Source of the DNA: Mobula hypostoma
Taxonomy: Eukaryota
Length of the DNA: 64,000 nt
Direction: 5' to 3'
NCBI RefSeq assembly: GCF_963921235.1
Contig: NC_086107.1
Span: 102,922,001 to 102,986,000, forward strand
Position numbers and translations under genes: made by a program. The notes below the pieces were generated by a model that saw only the letters and a program-made list of their open reading frames with translations, made no database searches and was not told the DNA's origin. Position 1 is the stretch's first letter, and each line of letters begins with the position of its first letter. Shown here one piece after another: positions 1 through 12,244 of the stretch.

Positions 1-440
1 CAGGGACCCCCACGACCCAGGACATGCTCTCTTCTCACTCCTGTCATCAACAGCCTGAGGGCTCACCCCACCAGGTTCATGAACAGTTACTACCCATCAG
101 CCACCAGGCTCTTGAACAAAGGAGATAACTTCACTCAACTTCCCTTGCCCCACCGTTGAAATGTTCTCACAACCAATGGACTCACTTTCAAAGACTCGTC
201 ATCTCATGCTCTCAATATTTATTGCTTATTTATTTATATTGTTGTTTCTTCTTTTTGCATTTGCTCAATTTTGTTGTCTTCTGTATTCTGGTTGAACGCC
301 TTAGTTGGACGGTTTTTCATTGAATCTGTTATAGTTACTATTCTATAGATGTGTCAAGTACATCCACAGGAAAATTAATTTCAGGGTTGTATATGTCACA
401 TATATGCACTTTGATAATAAATTTACTTTGTACTTTGAAC
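1..440 (+). mobile_element. Rex1/Babar-type LINE 3' fragment
   Basis: Decayed DPHDPGHALFSLLSS...TRFMNSYYPSATRLLN C-terminus plus a 3' UTR ending ...aataaaatttactttgtactttgaac. Same family recurs at 41480-41900. Confidence 0.6.
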
Positions 441-549
441 TTCATTAGTTTCTCTCACAATATTCCTTTAGTGGTGCTAATTTCTTTTACTTTCTTCTTT
501 ACCCTGAACCATTGGTCCTTCTGTACTTCTGGGACTATGTTATGACTTC

Positions 550-960
550 CGTGAATACAGTCCTCCAAGAGGACCTCAATGACCCGGAGAGCTGTTGGCT
601 GGAGTCAGGGCCTTGTGCTTTGGCTCTTGGTAGGGTCACCCATGCCAAACAAGTCAAAGGGTGACAGACTGACAGTAGTCCACTGGTCATCCGGGTTCGG
701 AGGTCCAACTCAGGGCTACCAACCCCAACTGCTCAAACAAAATTGTTCTGGGAACAGTAATGGGGAATTGTTCTGCATCTGAGTGTGACGGTATTCCTGA
801 GTCTCCACCTGGGACTTGCATGACTGACAGTAGTGAAAACCGAGATGAAGCTGACACAATGAAGGAAGCCCTGAATACTGCCAGAGATGGACGATCTTCA
901 CTGCTGCCTGAAACGCCAGCAGTGTAACAGGCAGCAGAGTGAGTACAGTAACAAAGTGTG
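550..960 (+). mobile_element. RTE-related non-autonomous element (5'UTR-like)
   Basis: aatgaccc..gagagct...ggtagggtcacccatgccaaaca..gtc motif, as in RTE/Expander 5' regions. Related to 7260-7645(-). Confidence 0.45.
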
Positions 961-1231
961 AGCTTAGCCCCTCACTCACTCACTTCCCATTATAAATTCT
1001 CCAGTCTCTGCCTGCAAGAAGCCCACATTTACCCTGCATTTTCTTCTCCCCCTTTTTACTTAACTATAGGAGCCCCAATAAACTTTTTTATGTTTCTCAT
1101 TAATTGTATTGTAATACAACGCTTGTTAAATTATGGACTATCTGTCCGATTTCTGGACCATTTATTCAAAGAGTTGAGATTGAATCCCACTCTGGCAGTT
1201 GGGGAGTCTCAATTCAAGTAATTAATTTAAA

Positions 1232-1590
1232 CCAACTTTCATTTATATATCAACTTCCACATCCTCGGGGCATCCCAAGCAATTGCATTTCTCTATAACC
1301 TTCCACATCCTCAGGATATCCCAAGTACTCTGCATTTATATATCTCCTTTCTCAGCCTCGGGATGTTTCAAGCAACTTGGATTTACAGTACATATCCTCT
1401 ATCACTTCATCAGGGTGTCCCAAATAACTTGCATTTATTTATCACCTTTCACAACCTTAGGATTGCCCAGCAACTTACTTTTATACGTCACCTTTTTTAA
1501 CATGAGGATTGTAACACCTTGCATTCATATATCACCTTCCACATCCTTGGGCTATCCCAGGCAACTTGTATTTAATCCATGGCTTTCACA
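1232..1590. repeat. Degenerate ~46-bp minisatellite, ~8 units
   Basis: Repeating caacttgcatttatatatcaccttccacatcctcaggatatcccaag. Confidence 0.85.
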
Positions 1591-1829
1591 CACTCAAACC
1601 AAGCAAAGCATTTTACATTGCTGTAGAAAGAAAGTGTTACATTTTCAGGACACTCAATGGAATTCACTTTTCTTGTTTCGTAAGAAAGCAAAGAAGTCAG
1701 TTTGCACAGGGAAGTTTCCATGGGCAAAAAAAATGGAGCATTTCCACAAAGAGTGTGAAGTTTATGGGCATTGAGAACTTTTATTTGGTATTCCAATTAA
1801 GTTTCTTTCTTGGCTCATTTAAAAGGGAA

Positions 1830-2750
1830 AAACAAGAGACTGCAGACATTGGAATTTACTTCTTTTTCTTCCTCCACCCATTCTATCCGCCCTCAATCTC
1901 TGACTGGGTCCCCTCCCCCACTGCCCCCACCTGCCCTCTCCCACTTGATTCCTCTCTCCACCTTCCTTCCCTATCAGATCCCGTCACCTTCGGCCTTTTA
2001 TTTGCCTCTGCCTATCAGCTGCCAGCTCCTGTTACTATTAAACACACTACCCTCCTCCATCAGCCTATCTCCCTCCTCACCTGGATCCACCTATCACTTG
2101 CCTCACCTGGATCCACCTATCACCTGTTGCTATTAAACACACTACCCTCTTCCATCAGCCTATTACTCTCCTCACCTGGATCCACCTATCACCTGTTGCT
2201 ATTAAACACACTACCCTCTTCCATCAGCCTATTACTCTCCTCACCTGGATCCACCTATCACCTGCCTCATCTGGATCCACCTATCACCCCTCCTCACCTG
2301 GATCCACCTATCACCTGCCAGCTCGAATGGTTCAATTTAACATCAGAGAATGTATACAGTGTACAACCTGAAATTCTTACTCTTCACAGACATCCACAAA
2401 ACAGAAAAGAAAAACCCAGAGTGAATGACAGAAAACGTTAGAACCCCAAAGCCCCCTCCCACGCACACACAGCAGCAAAATCATCAACTCTCCTTCCTCC
2501 CCCTCCCCCATTTTCTCCAGAAAAAAGCATCAAACCCTCCCCCCCACTACCTCCTGTTACTATTAAACACACTATCCCTCCTCACCTGGATCCACCTATC
2601 ACCCGCCAGCTCTCGCTCCACTCCTTACCTCTACCATTTTATACTGGCTATCTCCCCAGTAACTTTCAGTTCAGGTGAAGGGTCTTGATCTGTAACACTA
2701 AATGTCCACTTCCTTCCTTCTACAAAGCGCTGCCTGAGTTCCTCCAGTTT
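1830..2750 (+). mobile_element. PLE 3'UTR/pLTR remnant with internal tandem expansion, interrupted by another repeat (~2326-2550)
   Basis: Pyrimidine-rich UTR with cctcacctggatccacctatcacc, and a decayed tcaggtgaagggtcttg pLTR near 2670. Confidence 0.6.
2030..2320. repeat. Compound tandem repeat (~68-bp unit containing a ~24-bp subunit)
   Basis: ctattaaacacactaccctc..catcagcctat x3, and cctcacctggatccacctatcac x6 or more. Explains the spurious 291-aa ORF. Confidence 0.9.
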
Positions 2751-2769
2751 TGTTTTCGAAGTGCAAAGC

Positions 2770-3610
2770 AAATTTTAGTATCAGAGTACATATATGTACA
2801 AAGACAACCCTGAGATTCATTTTCCTCTGGACAGGCTCAGCAAACCTGTAGACTAGTAACTATAACAGGATCATGTAGAGCACAGAAGACATCAAACTGT
2901 GCAAGTGCAAATATAAATAAATAGCAATAAATAACGAGAGCGTGAAATAACAAGATAAAGAGTCCTTAAAGTGAGATCGTTGGTTGTGGGAACATCTCAA
3001 TAGGTGAGTGTAGTTACACCCTTTTGTTCAGGTGCCTGACGGTTGAGGGGTAGTAACTGGTCTTGAACCTGCTGGCATGAATCCTGAGGCTCTTGTACCT
3101 TCTACCTGATGGCAGCGGTGAGAACAGAGCACGGCCTGGGTGGTGAGGATCTCTGATGATGGATGCTGTTTTCCTGCGACAGTGTTTCATGTAGATGTGC
3201 TCAGTGGTTGGGAGGGCTTTACCCGGGCCGAATCCACTACCTTTTGTAGGATCACACACAAAATGATGGAGGCACTCAGCAGGGCAGGCAGCATCTACGG
3301 AAAAAAGTAACTGTCCTTGAACCTGGTGGTACGAGTCCTGAGACACATGTACCTTCTACCTGGCGGCAGCAGGGAGAAGAGAGAAGGGCTCGTGTACTTC
3401 TTTCCACAGCTGCTGCCCGGCTTGCTGATACCCCAGCATTTTGTGTGAGTTGCTCGGATTTCCAGCATCTGTAGATTTTCTCTTGTTTTGACCTTTCGTA
3501 GCATTTTCTCTTCAAAGGCATTTGTGTCTCCATACCAGACCGTGATGCAGCCAGAAAAATAGACAACTACAGACGTTTGTCAAAGTTTTTGAGGTCATGC
3601 CGTTTGTCGT
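2770..3610 (-). mobile_element. Rex1/Babar LINE 3' fragment (hosts an inverted-pLTR insertion at 3250-3490)
   Basis: ORF 3014-3346(-): KTASIIRDPHHPGRALFSPLPSGRRYKSLRIHASRFKTSYYP. Confidence 0.75.
3250..3490. mobile_element. Inverted-pLTR mini-insertion with a captured LINE segment
   Basis: Opposed pLTR arms flanked by accttttgtag (3239-3249) and acctttcgtag (3491-3501). Confidence 0.65.
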
Positions 3611-6044
3611 GATGTCATGATGTTTCGAGCGTTGCTCAATTAAAAGGGACACTATTTTTTTTTTGGAGGTTCTTGAGAACCGAGTATCTCGCTGCGTACC
3701 AGAACAGAGATTTTGCGGCTGGATCCTCTGCCAGCCACACACAAAAAAGTTTACAAAATACAAACAAAGTAATAAATGAGTAATTGATAGTTTCAGATCA
3801 ACCCTGTAGGGCAGTAATCTTTCAGTACTGCACTGGGATGTTGTGCTAGATTATACGCCTAACCTTCTGAAACAGCACCACACCCAGTAATTCAGAGCCA
3901 AGGGTTCCGCCATGGAGGAAAGAATGAAACTAAAACAAAAACCAAGTAAAGGAATTGAAATGCAGTTTATGCCCGAATAGATACTTACCCATGTCCTTGT
4001 CTGTTTTCGGGTGGGTCTCTTCACTTGTGGCTTTTTCCCAATTTGGAGATCGGTTCAAATGTGTAATGTCGAGAGAAATTAGTTAAATGCTGACCAGTTT
4101 AGGTTAAAATCTATCTTAATGTTCTAGTAACGTTGGGTTGACTAGGCCAATGTTCATTAGAGTTCAAAGTTCAAAGTACATTCTTATCAAAGTATGTATA
4201 CATTATACAACTTTGAGATTAACCTCCCGACAGGCAGCTGCGAAACAAAGAAACCCAAAAGAACTCATGTATATATTAAAAAAGACCGTCAAACACCCAA
4301 TGTGCAGAGAAAAAAAAACACATCGTGCAATCAAACAGCATTCTGAACTGAAGTCCGCAAAGGAAGTCCCATATTTTTAGCACAGAGCCGAGTCTGAACT
4401 GGCCTGCCCGTACAACATGTCCAAATTACCAAACAAGCCCTTTCACTTACAATGTCTACATCAAACACCGTGTCAAATTAAACTAAGTATCTCTGCCTCC
4501 ATATGATTCCTATCCCTCCATATGTCTATCTAAAAACATCTCAAACATCACTATTTTATAGAGTGTAGATTGAGAGGGAACCTCAAAGAACTCCAAAAAG
4601 ACATAGTGGGCTAAATACAGCCAGGCCGTGCGTAATGGCTGAGTTTACATGGATACTTTGTTCATTAGGTGCCCTGTTGTGTGATGCAGGCAATCATGGT
4701 CTCCCCATCACCCTGATTGTTCTTGGCAAACTTTTTTGCAGAAGTGGTTTGCCATTGTCTTCTTCCGGACAGAGTCTTTACATTTATTTCATTTAGGTCT
4801 GTGAAGCATTGCTTTGGACAAACTGGTTTGCTGTAGTTTCTGCATCGCTATATCGACTACACCAACTTCAAGTGAGTTCTGAAGAGGACTTAAGGAACCC
4901 CGCGAGAGATATAGATAGGTTAATTGAGAGGGCAAAAAAATTTGGCAGATGGAGTATAATCAAAGTGTGAAATCGTCCATTTTGGTAGGGGAAAAAAAAG
5001 AATCGTTTTATCAAAATCATGAAAGGATTTAGGGCTCTACGGCGCTGAGCAATCCAAGTGTCATGATTCACAGGATATTAGTATTAGGTCAAGCGAATAA
5101 TTAGGAAGGCTGACAAACATTGCTTATCATGACCAGGACAGAATACCGAAGTGGGGAGGTCATACTTCATACAGTGAACTGGTGAGGTCACAGTGTACTG
5201 AGGGTTTACTCGGCAGATACCTGGAGTGGGCCTGTTATCTCATGAGAAATGATCAGCTAGGCTATGTTTGTATCCACAGGAGGTTACAAGAGTTTCTTCC
5301 CCAGGCAGTTAACCTGATTAATAGTTCTAGTTGGGCCCCCACCCACCTCTGGCTATTACCTCAGTCCCTGTAAACACTTTAAACCGCTTTTTATAATGCT
5401 GTTTACATTGTAAATTCATGCTGGGATTTATGTGTATAAGCACATTTTTTTCAATGTCTGTACTTTAACTTCTAACTTATTTTTAAATTAACCCAAACTT
5501 ATTTTTATATAATTCTTTTTAAGTGTTGGACGTTGTTGTATTTTTGTTGCATGTCCTGCCAACACACCACGGCAAATTCCTAACACGTGTAAGTGTAAAT
5601 GACAAACAAGGTACATCCTGAATCCTTAAAGCGTGAGAGAGATCTTGATTGAAACGTATATGATCATGAGTGGATTGGCAAGGTGGACGTGGAGAGGATG
5701 TTTCCTCCTGTGGAAGAACCTAGACGAGGGGTCACTTTTTAAAAATAACGGGTTGCAGATTTAAGACCAAAATGAGATGTTTTTTTTCAGTCTCAGAGGA
5801 TCGTGAGTCTTTGGAACTCTCTGTCCTGAAACAGAGCCTTTGTATACCTCCGAGGTAAGGATGAATGGATAGTTGGTAAATGAGAGGTTGCTGAGAGATG
5901 GGCAGTGAATGGCTGAGCAGGCTTAAGGGACCAAGTGATTAACTCCTGCTCCTAATTTGTACGTATGTTTGTACTTGTGTTGGCGCTTCACCATAAAGTA
6001 TTCAGGGGACTTCAAGGCTGGGTAAGGCGCTTCATGTATGCAAG

Positions 6045-6570
6045 GCGAATTATAGGAAAGATGTCAATAAAATTGAGAGAGTACAGAGGAGGTTTACTAA
6101 AACGTTGCCTGGGTTTCATCTCCTAAGTTGCAGAGAAAGGTTGAACAAGTTAGGTCTTTATTCTTTGGAGCGTGGAAGGTTGAGGGGGGACTTGATGGAG
6201 GTGTTTAAAATTATGAGGGGGATTGATAGAGTTGACATGGACAGGCTTTTTCCATTGAGAGTGGGGGAGATTCAAACAAGAGGACATGAGTTGAGAGTTA
6301 AAGGACAAAAGTTTAGGGGTAACATGAGGGGGAACTTCTTTACTCAGAGAGTGGTAGCTGTGTGGAACGAGCTTCCAGCAGAAGTGGTTGAGGCAGGTTC
6401 GATGTTGTCGTTTAAAGTTAAATTGGATAGATATGTGGACAGGAAAGGAATGGAGGGTTATGGGCTGAGTGTAGGTCGGTGGGACTAGGTGAGAGTAAGA
6501 GTTCGGCACGGACTAGAAGGGCCAAGATGGCCTGTTTCCATGCTGCAATTGTTATATGATTACATGGTTA
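6045..6570 (+). mobile_element. CR1 LINE 3' end
   Basis: ERLNKLGLYSLERGRLRGDLMEVFKIMRG...TRGHELRV...FFTQRVVAVWNELP. Confidence 0.9.
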
Positions 6571-6571
6571 A

Positions 6572-7020
6572 GGCGGCGTGGTAGTTAGTGGTTAACATAA
6601 CCTTATTACAGCACTAGTGAGCTGGGTTCAACTCCTGCCGATATCTGTAAGGAGTTTGTATATTCTCCCCGTCAACGTGCATGTTTCTTCCTGGTACCCC
6701 GGTTTCCTCCCACATTCCAAAGACTTGCTGGTTAGGGTTAGTAAGTTGTGGGTTTGCTACGTTAGTGCTGGAAACATGGCACAATCCTCGGACTGTGTTG
6801 GCTGTTGATGCAAAATGATGTATTTTAGGGTAGTGTAACGCTCTAACAACAGTAGTGACCCAGGTTCAATTCCCGCCGCTGTCTATAAGGAGTTTGTACG
6901 TTCTCCCCATAACTGCCTGTGGTTTCCTCCCACATTCCAAAGACATACGGGTTAGTAGGTTGATTGGTCATATGGTGTAATCTTTGGGCCTGTTACTGTG
7001 CCATATCTCGAAATAAATAT
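6572..7020 (+). mobile_element. Two tandem tRNA-derived V-SINE (HE1-like) copies
   Basis: A-box/B-box (gggttcaactcc, ggttcaattcc) plus ggagtttgta..ttctcccc...ggtttcctcccacattccaaagac V-domain. Confidence 0.75.
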
Positions 7021-7259
7021 AAGTAACTTTTTCTTTCTATGATGGAGAAGGTATCTAGTTGAATAGATGATGTTACAGAAATAGATGATGCGAAATCAGA
7101 TCTGTTCCGATGTTACCGATGGTTCAAGTTTACCCTAAACTGCAATTCAACGCCATAAAAGAGGGAATATCTTAATCAGAGGATGTGGGAGTAACTCACA
7201 GACTACAATTGACTCAAAGGCTTCAGGTGGTTTCATATACTTCTAGAAGTCCATTCACT

Positions 7260-7645
7260 CGAGTTGAGTATGATGTTCTCCTGAGGGGTTATCCCTGAAT
7301 GGAGAACGCCTGGGCGTGACCTTGGGAAGACTGATGCACAGGCGGTAATCACATGGTCCTTGACGGATCGGGGTCAGGCTCCAGTGACATGGAGTGTAAG
7401 ACGACTCAGGATTCTTCACTGCCGTAGCCGTCCTTTGCCTTCACCGACGTTGTGAAGTGCCCTCGTCTTCTGCCAGCTCCACTGCTGAGGTCCTGGTTGG
7501 ATTGCTCTTTTTCTGGAACCTTCGCCTTGACCTCACCGCCACGGGTGACCCTAGCAGGAGCTGAGCTCTGGGCACCGTCGTTCTCAGGGTCTCACGTTTC
7601 ATAAGCCTCTCCGCCACGACAAACTGATAATCCTCAGGGAAGACA
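7260..7645 (-). mobile_element. RTE-related non-autonomous element
   Basis: Minus strand reads ttgtcgtggcggagaggctt...gaccctgaga...tagggtcacccgtggcgg, as in RTE 5'UTRs. Confidence 0.5.
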
Positions 7646-7844
7646 TACCTGTACACAGTAATAGGAGGCAATATGTATCTCGGAGTAAGTTGTAACCAAG
7701 ATATTGCGATTTTTTATAACAAGGCAAAGCAATATATATCATGAGTGAATCCGAATCTATTGAGAACCTGCACGATAATTAACAAGCAAGGGATTGACTA
7801 TGCACAACTCCGTGGAGTCACAGAGTTCAGTCTGGGATCCATCA

Positions 7845-8290
7845 CAGCTTGGTTGGAGGAACAACACCTTATATTCCGCTTGGGTAGCCTCCAACCTGAT
7901 GGCATGAACATCAATACCTCAAACTTCTGGTAATGCCTCCCACCTCCCCCATCCTTCACTATTTCCCATCCCCCTTTCCTTCTCTCACTTTATCTCCTTA
8001 CCTGCCCATCGCCTCCCTCTGGTGCTCCTCCCCCTTTTCTTTCTTCCATGGCCTTCTGTCTCTTTCACCAATCAACTTCCCAGCTCTTCACTTCATCCCT
8101 CCCCCTCCTGGTTTCACCTATCACCTGGCATTTCTCTCTCCCCTCCCCCCGCCCCCACCTTTTAAATCTACTCCTCAGCATTTTCTCTCCAGTCCTGCTG
8201 AAGGGTTTCGGCCCGAAGCATCGCCTGTGCTTTTTTCAATAGCTTCTGCCTGGCCTGCTGAGTTCCTCCGGCATTTTGTGTGTGTGTGTT
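7845..8290 (+). mobile_element. PLE 3' end (GIY-YIG C-terminus, UTR, pLTR with decayed hammerhead 8190-8227)
   Basis: LEEQHLIFRLGSLQPDGMNI; cagtcctgctgaagggtttcggcccgaagcatc. Confidence 0.85.
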
Positions 8291-8785
8291 GGAGCGGTAA
8301 CTGCTTTGCCCAAGACCGCAGGAAACTGCAGGGAGCTGTGAACATAGTCCAGTCCATCTCACACACCGGACTCTTCTCCATTGACTCTGCCTTGGCAAAG
8401 CAGCCATCAGAATCAAGGACCTCCCCTACTCAGGTCTTTCTCTCTTGTCGCCCCTTTTAGCGCGTAGAAGAGACTAAACCTGAGAACACATACACACCAT
8501 CAGGCTCAAGGAATGCTTCTACTGAACTGTGAAAAGCCTCCCATACACTGAAGTTTTGAACTGCAGATCTCCCAACCCCAGGCACTTTGTCTGCTCGCAA
8601 TGCTCCTCCTCTGTAAACGCAACACGGTATTCCACATTCTGGTTTTCTTTCAACTACCTTGATGAAATTATGTCTGATATAATCTATCTGGATGGCATGC
8701 AAAACAAAAGCTTGTCACGGTATCGCGGTTGTAATAATAAACCAATTCTAATTTGTATAGAACATTTTATGGAGGGCAAAGCTTA

Positions 8786-9590
8786 GGATGTTGGTGCCTA
8801 ACGGCAACTCCTTTGCTTGCATCTTCCAAAACAGCTCTATTTCCATCTTTAATATCTCTGTTTTTCCCTTTCAGGGTTCTTTTGAAGACCCTGACCTGGA
8901 GTTACACGCTGACTTTGGTTCTTTTTGGGAATGGGACCCCCTCTCAGGGCCTCACAACTGGCCTTGTTTTGATATGCCAAGGACGTGGCCCAGAAGACTA
9001 GCGTGCCTTCAGGGTGTCAGATTTTCATAGCCCTGGAGGTGGGTGGATTCGAGGTCGGTGCTGCTGCAGAAAACTGATGCGTTGTGGGAGTTTACGGAAG
9101 ATCGAAAACAGCGAGCTGGCTGCTGGCTGTGCGCCCAGAGACCCAAGTTCTTTGGGCACAGAGCTCGGAAGAAGGCAACGCACAGACATAAATCGGTGAG
9201 TTGTTTTGTTACGTCCCCCCTCTCACTGTGAAACGTAACACCTCTTTTTCACTTATTAGGGAGAGAGAGAGCCTGTGGTATGTCGAATTACCAAGTGAAC
9301 GAGTAGTCTATGGGGTACTGCAAGTCTGTCTTTATTTATGCTTTGCTGAATGCTTGAGTGCTCGGTGGGGTTGTTGATTTTTTTTGCTGGTGGGGAGGGG
9401 GGGTCGTCGCTTTGCTGCCGCTTATGTGTGTGGGGGGAGCTGGGGGGTGGCTTCAGGGCTCTAACATTTAACTGTCATTCATTCTTTGGGGCAATCCTCT
9501 GTTTTCGTGGATGTTTGTGAAGAAAAAGAATTTCGGGATGTATATTGTATAAATTTCTCTGACAATAAATGTACCTATTGAAACCTACCT
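8786..9590 (+). mobile_element. Non-autonomous retroelement (unclassified)
   Basis: 3' part matches 30226-30570 and, reversed, 12500-12700. Ends aataaatgtacctattgaaacct. Confidence 0.55.
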
Positions 9591-11002
9591 ACCTACATGG
9601 GCCCTCTGGCCTACCGAGTCCTTGTTGACCTTTATACTCAGCTATACTAATCCCTCAATCAAACCATTCCTTATTATGCCTTGCCTATTTAAGTGTCCAT
9701 CCAAATAAGTCAAAGTTCAAAGTACATTAACTATTGAAGTATGTATACATTACAGATTGTGTGTGAAATGGTTGTTGTGATGTATCTAGTGTGGTAGTGT
9801 CGTGGGTAGTGTTTGTCCCTTTTGCTTTCAGCTTCCACCGCTGACTAGCAGTCTTGCGAAAAGGGGAGCTGAATGTGTGAGTCTCTCCCTGCCAGTACGC
9901 AGCCTCTGCCACAACGAGCCTCGTGTAGTGTCTCCTCGCTGGCGACACACGGAAACTGAACTCCTTTCGGACTCAGGCTGAACTACAGAGGGCGGGGAGG
10001 AGGTCTGGCCCCTGCACACGTAGCACACAGGCCCACCGGTGTGTGGACACACCCCAGTGCCCACGAACCAGATCCCCAGCTAGGGGTAAACAGCCCCACT
10101 GCCTTGTGGGTAGCCTCAGGAGAGACAAAGGCTACGGGAGGAAACCCAGACAGAAAGTTGGAGTGGAGCCCCTAAGGCAGCTGGATGTCGTTGAACATCC
10201 TTCCAGCAGCTCCTGCTGCCAAGCTGGTGCCAACGTATTGCTCCATAAACTTTCCTTTGGACTACACCAGTGAGGCCGAGAGGGGGACCTTGATGACTGG
10301 GCATCTCAGGATCTTCAGACCTTCTGCCCAGGCTTGTGTGCTGGAGAGGTCACTCCAGTGCCACTATCCAATGTCCTTCGAGACAGACGGATGCCATCAT
10401 CGTCATTTCCTATATTACACAACTTTGAGATTCATCTCCTTACAGGCAGCTACGAAACAAAGAACCCATTTAAAAAAACTCTTCGATATAGTGGCATCTG
10501 ATTCCACCGCCTCCTCTTGTAGCACACTCCTAATATCCACTAGTCCTCGTGTAAGATAACCCGCAGATCCCCTTTAAAACTCCTTCCTGTCACCTTAAAC
10601 CTATGCTGTTTTGTTTTTGACTTACCCAGGCACTGTAGAAACCTGCCAAACAGAAAGAGGCCATTTGGCCCTTTGAGTTTGTACTAACTCGATGTGAGAA
10701 CAATCCATCTCACCCACTCTCCATGGCCCTGCAAGTTCTTTTATAATAGGGAGATAGTATTGAGACAAAAGATTAGCTATGATCTTATTAGATGGTGTAG
10801 AAGGTAGGAGGGGCTGAATGGCCTACTGTTATCCCTATTTCTTGTGCTTTATTCTGTGCAACTTTGTTGAACACTTTTTAGTGCGTGCATTCACTGGACT
10901 AACCAGTGAACAATGAGATATCAATTCCTGTCTGAATCTCATCATCTTAAATACAGAGTGTCAAAGCCAATGCAGTCTCTGGATTAAGAGCGGCCATTGA
11001 TG

Positions 11003-11660
11003 AGAACATAAGAACATAAGAACATAAGAAATAGGAGCAGAAGTAGGCCATCCGGCCCATCGACCCTGACCTGCCATTCAATAAGATCATGGCTGATCTG
11101 TCCGTAAACTCAGCTCCATCTACCTGCCTTTTCCCCATAACCCTTAATTCCCCTACTATGTAAAAATCTATCTAACTGTTTCTTAAATATATTTAGTGAG
11201 GAAGCTTCAGCTGCTTCCATGGGCAGAGAATTCCACAGATTCACTACTCTCTGGGAAAAACAGTTTCTCCTCTTCTCCATCCTAAATCTTCTCCCCTGAA
11301 TCTTGAGGCAATGTCCCCTAGTTCTAGTCTCACCTACCAATGGAAACAACTTGCCTACTTCTATCTTATCTATCCCTTTCAAAATTTTGTATGTTTCTAT
11401 AAGATCCCCTCTCATTCTTCTGAATTCCAGAGAATATAGTCCCAGGCGACTCAATCTCTCCTCATAGGTTAACCCCTTCATCCCTGGAATCAACCTGGTG
11501 AACCTCCTCTGCACTGTCTCCAAAGCCAGTATAGAGTATTCCTCAAGTATGGAGACCAGAACCGCACACAGTACTCCAGGTATGGCCTCACCAGTACCCT
11601 GTACAGTTGCAGCATAACCTCCCTGCTCTTGAATTCAATCCTTCTAGCAATGAAGGCCAC
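11003..11660 (-). mobile_element. CR1 LINE 3' end with (ttatgttc)n tail
   Basis: ORF 11110-11523 VQRRFTRLIPGMKGLTYEERLSRLGLYSLEFRRMRGDLIETYKI; gaacataa repeats. Confidence 0.92.
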
Positions 11661-11935
11661 ACTGATGATATTTCACTCCTCAATTTGTTATGCTTTCTTT
11701 CAGCTTTAAATATTTTCTGTTCATTTGCCAAAATGCTTAATGAGGGTTATTGATGTGGCTGTGGTTGTGACACTGCAACAGTTCTCAGATGGGGAGAGGG
11801 TCAGGTGCTGGTACAGTGGGAGAAATTTACATTTTATATACGTACATTTAGATAGACTTTAATATTAGAGGAAGTATGCAGAATACAACCTGAAATTCTT
11901 ACTCTTCACAGGCATCTACAGTAGCCTAGTGGTTA

Positions 11936-12244
11936 AAGGCATCCATTAGTCTTGCGAGACTATGGATCTGCGCCCGGAAAGTCTTCACTCTCCAGGGCGC
12001 AGGCCTGGACAAGGTTGTATGGAAGACCGGCTGTTGCCCATGCTGCAAGTCTCCCCTCTCCACGACACCGATGTTGTCCAAGGGAAGGGCATTAGGACCC
12101 ATACGGCTTGGCACCAGTGTCATCACAGAGCAATGTGTGATTAAGTGCCTTGCTCAAGGACACAACACGTTCCCTCGGCTGGGGCTCGAACTCACGACCT
12201 TCAGGTCGCTAGTCCAAAGCCTTAACCACTTGGCCACGTGCTCA
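11936..12244 (-). mobile_element. tRNA-head CORE-type SINE with 14-bp TSD, inserted in the head of a V-SINE
   Basis: Minus head gcacgtggccaagtggttaagg..gtgagttcgagcccc; tgtgtccttgagcaaggcacttaa core; TSD tagcctagtggtta (11922-11935) / tagcctaatggtta (12245-12258). Second copy at ~32930-33240. Confidence 0.8.

Noticed and set aside
1232..1590. CRISPR-like periodicity
   Set aside because: Units are contiguous degenerate repeats with no unique spacers; eukaryotic context and no cas genes.
1566..2441. 291-aa ORF
   Set aside because: Open only because of low-complexity PLE UTR and tandem repeats; no protein-like content.
3981..4100. Strong minus-strand donor (ATGG|gtaagtat) suggesting a host exon
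   Set aside because: No good acceptor, and all frames hit stops within ~100 bp. A 5'UTR or start exon cannot be excluded without RNA-seq.
6572..6660. tRNA-like A/B boxes here and in many other places
   Set aside because: These are SINE heads continuing into V or CORE domains; no complete cloverleaf.
7570..7645. Possible HDV-like fold (..TTGTCGT.. loop) at the RTE-like 5' end; similar idea at 9810-9870
   Set aside because: Stems are too degenerate in these copies to assign P1-P4.
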